Assembly (NCBI GenBank): GCA_024680795.1 | Contig: JAILBR010000030.1 | Coordinates: forward strand, 7,594-71,593 | Direction of reading: 5' to 3' | Length of the DNA: 64,000 nucleotides | Source: Bacilli bacterium | Lineage (GTDB): Bacteria > Bacillota_I > Bacilli_A > RFN20 > CAG-826 | Shown: piece by piece, positions 55,581 through 62,104 of the stretch | How the letters are laid out: each line of letters opens with the position of its first letter | Position numbering within the stretch: the stretch's first letter is position 1 | The notes under the pieces: model-generated | What the model saw: only the letters and a program-made list of their open reading frames with translations | What the model was told of the DNA's origin: nothing | The model's database searches: none | Program-made: the position numbers and the translations under genes

Positions 55581-56899
55581 TGAAATTTAATAAGAATGAT
55601 TATTTCGATTATAACGGTGATAGATTAACGATTCTTGATCTACTTGGAGAAGGTGGACAAGGAGAAGTATATCTCGTTAGTTATAAGGGACAAAAGCTCG
55701 CCTTTAAATACTATAAGGACATTCCTAGTGACGACTTCAAATATAATTTGAAAAATAACATCACTAAGGGCAGTCCATCTTCTACCTTCTTATGGCCTAA
55801 AGAATATATCGAATTCGATGATGATTCATGTGGCTATCTCATGGAACTTAGACCTAAAGAATATGTCTCATTTGTCTCATATCTAACCGGCACGAATAGG
55901 TTTAAGAATAAGAGGATTATGCTTAACTGGTGTATTGAACTAGTGAAAAGTTTCAAACTCTTACACGAGAAAGGCTATTCATATCAAGACCTTAACGATG
56001 GCAGCTTCTTCCTTAATCCTGAAAATGGAAAATTACTAATCTGTGATAACGATAATGTCACCGCGGATAAACGTAGTTTAGGGGTATTAGGAAAGATGAG
56101 ATATATGGCCCCAGAAATCGTGAGAGGTGATAAAGATAAAAATACGGGAGAAAGGCAAATGCCTGATACCCATTCTGACCGTTTCTCTTTAGCGATTATC
56201 CTCTTCTTGGCATTATGTATGGGCAATCCATTTGAAGGGGAATGTTTAAAGAAATATGTGATTGTTGATGAGAAAGCGGAATATGAGATGTTTGGTAGTA
56301 AGCCAGTCTACATCTATAGCGAACTTGATAAAACAAATCGTCCGATTAGAGGCTATCACACCGCGGTCATTAATAAATATCCAGAACTGCCTACTTATAT
56401 CAAAGAAGCATTCCATAGAACGTTTGTTGATGGGCTTAAAGATAGAGAGAATGGTAGGACCAATGAGCTAGAGTGGTTGAAGTTATTATGTAAATATCGT
56501 GATGAACTGATTACTTGCTCATGTGGGAAAGAATATATCTATGGATTCAATGAAAAGAAACATAACGATAGATGCCCATATTGCAAAAAGGAAACAAGAA
56601 GATTCTGCTATCTACAGATTGGGAAAAATAGAATCCTTTTAGAACCTAATAAATATATCTATGAGATCCATATCGATAAGTATTCATCTAACTATAACTT
56701 AGCGGTTGGCAAAGTCATCGTTAATAAGAATAATCCAGGATTATGGGGCATCAAATTGCAACTAAATAACGATATACTTATCAAAGATAAGAGTGGTAAA
56801 GAAAAGACCATTACCAAGGATGGAGTAATTCCGATTGTTAATGAACTAAAAATCAAGTTCAGTGATACGTCAATTGGACAAATAATAACTAACCAATAA
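55580..56899 (+). CDS. Ser/Thr protein kinase with C-terminal zinc ribbon and beta-rich domain
   Basis: Gly-loop LLGEGGQGEVY, beta3 Lys LAFKYY, catalytic loop YQDLNDGSFFLN, DFG-equivalent ICDNDN, YMAPE and DRFSLAIIL. These are followed by CSCGKEY...RCPYCKKE. TAATG overlap with the upstream gene. Confidence 0.88.
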   Translation: MKFNKNDYFDYNGDRLTILDLLGEGGQGEVYLVSYKGQKLAFKYYKDIPSDDFKYNLKNNITKGSPSSTFLWPKEYIEFDDDSCGYLMELRPKEYVSFVSYLTGTNRFKNKRIMLNWCIELVKSFKLLHEKGYSYQDLNDGSFFLNPENGKLLICDNDNVTADKRSLGVLGKMRYMAPEIVRGDKDKNTGERQMPDTHSDRFSLAIILFLALCMGNPFEGECLKKYVIVDEKAEYEMFGSKPVYIYSELDKTNRPIRGYHTAVINKYPELPTYIKEAFHRTFVDGLKDRENGRTNELEWLKLLCKYRDELITCSCGKEYIYGFNEKKHNDRCPYCKKETRRFCYLQIGKNRILLEPNKYIYEIHIDKYSSNYNLAVGKVIVNKNNPGLWGIKLQLNNDILIKDKSGKEKTITKDGVIPIVNELKIKFSDTSIGQIITNQ

Positions 56900-56902
56900 C
56901 AT

Positions 56903-56917
56903 TACATAAATAATGTC
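56903..56917. promoter_or_regulatory. Palindromic candidate operator, site 2 (TACAT-N5-ATGTC)
   Basis: TACATAAATAATGTC, part of the 21-nt block shared with site 1. A TAAGAT -10-like hexamer at 56929-56934 sits at the same 11-nt offset as in site 1. Confidence 0.55.
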
Positions 56918-56967
56918 ATATTGAATATTAAGATAAAAACGAAAACAAAATAGGAGAAAGAAAAATA

Positions 56968-57690
56968 ATGAAAGACAGAACAATAGCCGAAGGCATTAAA
57001 AAACAAGAATTGAACCTCATATTCATCATCGATAATAGTGGTTCTATGGAAGGAGAAAAGATTGGCGCGGTCAATAATGCGATTAGAGATGTGATGAGCA
57101 TTATGCCAGAAATCCAAGAAGATACTTCTGATGCAGAAATTAAGATTAGCGCTTTAACATTCTCTGACCACTGTAAATGGGTTTATAAAGAACCACAAGG
57201 TGTTAATGATTTTAAATGGAATGATATCACCACGGAAGGAGGAACTGACTATTCTAAGACTTATGATGAATTAGCGAAGTTCCTTTGTAAGAAAGAAAAT
57301 GGTGGTCAAATGCCAGATATCGGGGGAGTGGCCCCAATCATCATCCTTATGAGTGATGGTATGCCTACAAGCCCAGATTGGATGGATCATCTTAATAGCT
57401 TACGAAAGAAAGGCTGGTTTAAAGTCGCTCTTAAATACGCCTTAGCGATTCAAATCGATACTCAAGAAGCAATGGATGTCTTATCCGCTTTCACTGGTAA
57501 TCCAGAAACAGTGCTAAAAGTCTATACCGCAGAAGCTTTAAGAAAAGTAATTAAGGTTATTGCGATTACCGCTAGTAAAGTCAAATCATCCTCTAGCCAA
57601 GTCAGTGGCGGCACTCTTATCTCTAAAGAAGAAGAGGCTAAACAAGAAATCGCTAAAGGATTAGAAGAAATCTCTGACGTGGAATGGTAG
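56968..57690 (+). CDS. vWA-domain protein (TerY-like), paralog 1
   Basis: MIDAS motif IIDNSGSMEG, plus TEGGTDY and LMSDGMPT. C-terminus is ...EEISDVEW. Confidence 0.88.
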   Translation: MKDRTIAEGIKKQELNLIFIIDNSGSMEGEKIGAVNNAIRDVMSIMPEIQEDTSDAEIKISALTFSDHCKWVYKEPQGVNDFKWNDITTEGGTDYSKTYDELAKFLCKKENGGQMPDIGGVAPIIILMSDGMPTSPDWMDHLNSLRKKGWFKVALKYALAIQIDTQEAMDVLSAFTGNPETVLKVYTAEALRKVIKVIAITASKVKSSSSQVSGGTLISKEEEAKQEIAKGLEEISDVEW

Positions 57691-57704
57691 GAGGATAAGG
57701 AAAG

Positions 57705-58415
57705 ATGATGGATAGAATTGCCAAAGAAAAACTAAATATCATCCTTCTTATCGATGCTTCCAAGTCCATGCAGGGTAATAGAATCAAACAAGTAGATCAA
57801 GCAATATACGATATTCAAGATTATCTAATTGATTTAGGAAAAGAAAACACAAACGTTGATTTTTACCTCACCTTAATACCATTCGCAACGGGGTCCTCCT
57901 TTTATCAAAATCAAGTTTCCACTCATATTGAAAACTTCCGTTACGATGGTATTAAGTGTGGGGGGTATTCAAACCTCCATCTCGCCTTAGATAATCTCGG
58001 GGACATCATGAAGAAAGAATCTAAAGGTGGAATTATGCCAGATTTTGGAGGGGCATCGCCAATCATCCTTCTTCTTACTGATGGTCATCCAACCGGAAAT
58101 GCTTATAAGGAATCATTAGAAAACATTAAAGATATCCCTTGGTATAAAGCTGCTTTGCGATACGGAATCGCGATTGAGCTAAATGATGATAGGACGATGA
58201 AAGTGTTAAGCGACTTTGTGGGTAAGAATGGAGATGTGATTAACTGTTATCATTCTTCCTTACTCAAAGATATTATCAAGGTTATTGTCTTAACCGCGAG
58301 TAAGGTGAGATCAAGCTGCACGAACATCGCTAACGGACCTCATGTCACTCAAAACCAATTAGCCCAACAATATATTGCAGAAGCATTAAGTGATATCGAT
58401 GCATCGGGGTGGTAG
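57705..58415 (+). CDS. vWA-domain protein (TerY-like), paralog 2
   Basis: MIDAS motif LIDASKSMQG, plus LLTDGHPT. Collinear with paralog 1 (IIKVIVLTASKVRSS versus VIKVIAITASKVKSS). C-terminus is ...LSDIDASGW. Confidence 0.85.
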   Translation: MMDRIAKEKLNIILLIDASKSMQGNRIKQVDQAIYDIQDYLIDLGKENTNVDFYLTLIPFATGSSFYQNQVSTHIENFRYDGIKCGGYSNLHLALDNLGDIMKKESKGGIMPDFGGASPIILLLTDGHPTGNAYKESLENIKDIPWYKAALRYGIAIELNDDRTMKVLSDFVGKNGDVINCYHSSLLKDIIKVIVLTASKVRSSCTNIANGPHVTQNQLAQQYIAEALSDIDASGW

Positions 58416-58417
58416 AA

Positions 58418-59242
58418 ATGTATTACGTATTTAATAAGTCCAGTATTGGATATGCACACATAAAAAATAAAAAACCATGCCAGGATTATTCCGCTTCATA
58501 TCAGGATAACGAGCGAGTGATTATCACGTGTTGTGACGGCCATGGAGGCGCTCAATATGTGAGAAGTCAAATTGGTTCAAAAATCGCTAGTAATTCCATA
58601 ATAAATGTATTTTCTTCAGTCAATTCCCGCTTCTTTTTGGAAAATGATATAGAAAAAGTGAAGTTATTGGTCCTTTGTGAATATAACAAATTAGTGGAAC
58701 AAGAACTCAATAAAAAGCCAATTAGGAAGAAGGATTTGAAAGGACTAAAAGAAGAAGACATTGATATGCTAAGGTTCAATCCGATGAAGGCTTATGGGAC
58801 CACTTTATCAGGTGCGATGATCTATAAAAACCATCTCTTAGTCATCTCAATTGGAGACACAGAAGTATTAGGAATTAGGAAAGGCGAACTAGTAAAAATA
58901 TTCGATAATTCCAATGACCCCGCTGGTAATGTTACCTACTCGATGTGCCAAGAAGATGCCTATAAATATCTACGTGTTGCGGACCTAGACATTAGGGATT
59001 TTGATGGGATACTTCTATGTACAGATGGCCTATCTAGCCCCTATCAAAGCTATGACAACTTCAATGAATCGTTTGTTAGACCAAGTGTCCATCGTGTGAT
59101 TTGTTCAAAGTCAATTCGTGAACTAGATAGCAATATCGAAAAGATCGCTACTAGGTTAGGGGTAGGGGATGATGTCAGCTTATCGCTCATCTTAAGTGAT
59201 AAAACAAACGAAAAATTTTATCGAAGGAGAAATATAGAATGA
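58418..59242 (+). CDS. PP2C-family protein phosphatase
   Basis: CQDYSAS...CCDGHGGAQ, SIGDTEV, LCTDGLSS and GDDVSLSLIL metal-binding motifs. ATG at 58418, 3 nt after the upstream stop; the track ORF uses the GTG at 58409. Confidence 0.85.
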   Translation: MYYVFNKSSIGYAHIKNKKPCQDYSASYQDNERVIITCCDGHGGAQYVRSQIGSKIASNSIINVFSSVNSRFFLENDIEKVKLLVLCEYNKLVEQELNKKPIRKKDLKGLKEEDIDMLRFNPMKAYGTTLSGAMIYKNHLLVISIGDTEVLGIRKGELVKIFDNSNDPAGNVTYSMCQEDAYKYLRVADLDIRDFDGILLCTDGLSSPYQSYDNFNESFVRPSVHRVICSKSIRELDSNIEKIATRLGVGDDVSLSLILSDKTNEKFYRRRNIE

Positions 59243-59988
59243 AAAAGATTACAAAATTATTAACTACATGTTTAGCGGCCTTAACTTTAGTGGGCTGCAA
59301 TAAAGGCGAAGAATATATTCCAAATATGTTAGGAAGAGTATTCGGTGATTTTGACTATAACGGAGTCTTTCTTACCGAATATGCGATTAAACAAATTAAA
59401 GTTGATGAAGCTAAAAAACTTGTCGATATTAGACCAAATCTAAAAAGAAACTATAAGTTAAGAGAAACTACTGAAGAAGATATTAAAACAGTTCTCTCTA
59501 AATATGCTTCTCTAGTCACTACCGTCAAATACTACATCAGTGGTAATGAAGAACAACAAGTGAGAAGTGATATCTATCAAGGTACAGATTTCAAGTATTT
59601 ACTTGAAAATAACTACTACGAACCATTTGGACAGATGAGTGTTAAATATATCTTTGTTGATGATGATCTTCTTGATGAGATGGAAGCCGCTAATGAGGAG
59701 TTTATCAATAATAAACAACATCTAGTTAGCCCATTTAATGAACCATTTACCTATCACACTAGTGAAGAAGATAAGTTAATCGTCCAAACTCATCATTTTG
59801 CGGAACTACCAGCTTCTATCAGCGGTGGTATCGGCTCAACATTTAGACAGGATTGTGAGCTTCTCTTCGATGAAGAAGGAAAAATAACATTCTGGCAGTC
59901 GTCATTAGGGTTATATACATCTACTCCTACTGGCACTGTCAAAGAAGGATATGTGTTTGAAGTAGGATTCGAATGGATCAGTAAATAG
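59239..59988 (+). CDS. Lipoprotein, function unknown
   Basis: MKKITKLLTTCLAALTLVGC signal peptide plus lipobox. ATGA overlap with the phosphatase gene. Confidence 0.75.
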   Translation: MKKITKLLTTCLAALTLVGCNKGEEYIPNMLGRVFGDFDYNGVFLTEYAIKQIKVDEAKKLVDIRPNLKRNYKLRETTEEDIKTVLSKYASLVTTVKYYISGNEEQQVRSDIYQGTDFKYLLENNYYEPFGQMSVKYIFVDDDLLDEMEAANEEFINNKQHLVSPFNEPFTYHTSEEDKLIVQTHHFAELPASISGGIGSTFRQDCELLFDEEGKITFWQSSLGLYTSTPTGTVKEGYVFEVGFEWISK

Positions 59989-60000
59989 AAAGGGAAGAGA

Positions 60001-61056
60001 ATGGACTATCAAAGTGCGTTTACTAAAATTATTAATCAACACGGATTAGAAATATTGGACAATAACTTTCTAGTCCATTCTTTTCTTTTAGATTTGATTG
60101 GTGGAGATAAGCGAAGTATCGAACTTGCGGAAGCTTTCTTTATTCTTAATGATGAGAGCGTTTATCTTAAAATCTCAGGAAAGAAACTAAGCGAAATAGC
60201 GCCTTTGCTTGATGGGCTGATTAGGACTTTAGATAGATCATATACCTCATTAATTTATCTACTATCTATTGAGCCTCTTTTAATCCATCTATTCCCCTAT
60301 GAATATGTTAAATTGAATCCGAATATCAAACATGGTGCCCCTAAAATCGTAAAAGCACCTCATAATAAAAGCATGCAAAGTGTGCATATAACTCCAGTAC
60401 AAATTACCCCACAGGTAAAGAAAAAAGTAGTGGTGGACTCCTACATAATTAATGCGAGATGTCGAGGGTTATCTATTGTCTGTTCGAATAATAAGAAGAT
60501 AAGAATTATTGATAAAGGTTACCATGATGTGACTAAGCAGTTTAAGCCTAAGAAGAGTAAAAACATTAGAACCTTAAATATTGAAGGTAGACATAATTCT
60601 TTCTATCTATTTTTACCTAAGAAAAGATATAAAAATGTCACTATCAATTTCAAAGGAGTGAAGTTGTCTCTAACTGGTGACCATAATAATAACTTCAAAT
60701 GCGAACAACTTGAGATAAATGCGAATAAGATTAACGGACAAATATTTGTGGACTCTGATGTGATATCTGGAAAAATAGATAAAGGCACTATTCAGTTCTA
60801 TGGGGAGATAAAGAATATTGTTCTTAACTATGGAGATGTCGATGTCAAAGCGCTTATTAAGGGAGTAAATGCGAATAGATATATGTGTAAAGTGAATAAA
60901 GGCAATATCGAAATCAACTTCTTAGACATCATTTTAAAATCTAAGGTTAGACACATCTTCAAAGGCTCTATTAATGTTCATAACACATATAATGTGAATG
61001 GCAGACAGATGGAGCTAAAATTAAGTACTGATCGTGGCAAGATAAATGTGCTTTGA
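60001..61056 (+). CDS. Hypothetical two-domain protein with DUF4097-like C-terminal beta region
   Basis: Helical N-terminal about 110 aa. The C-terminal half has repeated short beta strands (VKLSLTGDHNN, INGQIFVDSDVISGKIDKG, NKGNIEINF, TDRGKINVL) resembling the 55149 protein. Confidence 0.6.
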   Translation: MDYQSAFTKIINQHGLEILDNNFLVHSFLLDLIGGDKRSIELAEAFFILNDESVYLKISGKKLSEIAPLLDGLIRTLDRSYTSLIYLLSIEPLLIHLFPYEYVKLNPNIKHGAPKIVKAPHNKSMQSVHITPVQITPQVKKKVVVDSYIINARCRGLSIVCSNNKKIRIIDKGYHDVTKQFKPKKSKNIRTLNIEGRHNSFYLFLPKKRYKNVTINFKGVKLSLTGDHNNNFKCEQLEINANKINGQIFVDSDVISGKIDKGTIQFYGEIKNIVLNYGDVDVKALIKGVNANRYMCKVNKGNIEINFLDIILKSKVRHIFKGSINVHNTYNVNGRQMELKLSTDRGKINVL

Positions 61057-61069
61057 TATACAGTTGTTA

Positions 61070-61098
61070 TTGTTAATATTACATCAAAAATGTATTAT
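61070..61098 (+). promoter_or_regulatory. Putative promoter of the WYL regulator with embedded palindrome, site 3 (TACAT-N5-ATGTA)
   Basis: TTGTTA (61070-61075), 17-nt spacer, TATTAT (61093-61098). The palindrome TACATCAAAAATGTA (61080-61094) occupies the spacer and the start of the -10. Confidence 0.45.
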
Positions 61099-61115
61099 TA
61101 ATCAGAGGTAACTAT

Positions 61116-62096
61116 ATGGGTAAAGCCGCAATGTGCATCAAAATGCTCCAGATTTTAAATACTGGGCGCACCTACAAAGTTAGTGAACTAGCAGACCTTT
61201 TGGAAACCAATCCAAGAAATGTTATCGAATATAAAAAAGAACTCGATGAAGTGGTTTCTGATTCTTTTGGTACTGCTGGTTTTTATATTGAGACAATACC
61301 TGGCCGTTATGGCGGATATCGTCTTCATGGTGATGTGGCGATGCCAGCCTTAAGATTAACCGAAAATGAAAAAGTATCTTTTATAGAAGCTTTAGATTAT
61401 CTTTCATCCCGTAATGACTTCATGGCAAAAAATGACTTCCAAGTTGCTGTTGGAAAAGTTTTTGCTGCTCTTATTACTAAAGAAATCAAAAAAGAAGAGA
61501 ATGTTTTAATCATTAACCGCTATCCATTAGTGATGCCGCAAGAGGAAATTGAACATCGTTATAATGTGATCAAAGTTGCGATTAAGCAGAATAAAAAAAT
61601 TAAGTTTAACTATCTTTCCCAAAAGAACACTGTTAAGGAAAGAATCTTTGATCCATATGAGTTATTTATGTATAACAACGCTTGGTTTGTAATAGGATGG
61701 TTAAATTCTGAAAACCATCCAGGTGTCTGCTGGTTTAAGTTAAACCGTATGCAAGATATCTCAATGACAAACGAAAAATATACGATGTGGAAATACTATC
61801 ACAAAGCCGATTATATCGATGAATATGGCTTCAAAAGTAATGGTGAGTGGTACCATGTTGAATTTATAGCCCATGAGACATACGCAAGTTTATGTAGAGA
61901 AAGAATATATGGGAAAAACCAAGTAGTTGAAGTTATTGATGATAATTCCACTAAAGTAAGTGTGGATATGCAAAATAAAGAAAACATCAGGGTGTTCATC
62001 CTTGGATTTGGAGAGAATCTTGATGTATTAGAGCCCGATTGGCTTAAAGAAGATCTTAAGAATATCGCAAATGCGATGTTAGAAAAATATAGGTAG
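61116..62096 (+). CDS. HTH-WYL-domain transcriptional regulator (YafY/BrxR/CapW-like architecture)
   Basis: N-terminal wHTH IKMLQILNTGRTYKVSELADLLETNPRNVIEYKKEL. WYL domain IKFNYLSQKNTVKERIFDPYELFMYNNAWFVIGW. Has a C-terminal extension. Confidence 0.85.
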   Translation: MGKAAMCIKMLQILNTGRTYKVSELADLLETNPRNVIEYKKELDEVVSDSFGTAGFYIETIPGRYGGYRLHGDVAMPALRLTENEKVSFIEALDYLSSRNDFMAKNDFQVAVGKVFAALITKEIKKEENVLIINRYPLVMPQEEIEHRYNVIKVAIKQNKKIKFNYLSQKNTVKERIFDPYELFMYNNAWFVIGWLNSENHPGVCWFKLNRMQDISMTNEKYTMWKYYHKADYIDEYGFKSNGEWYHVEFIAHETYASLCRERIYGKNQVVEVIDDNSTKVSVDMQNKENIRVFILGFGENLDVLEPDWLKEDLKNIANAMLEKYR

Positions 62097-62104
62097 GTAA
62101 GAAT

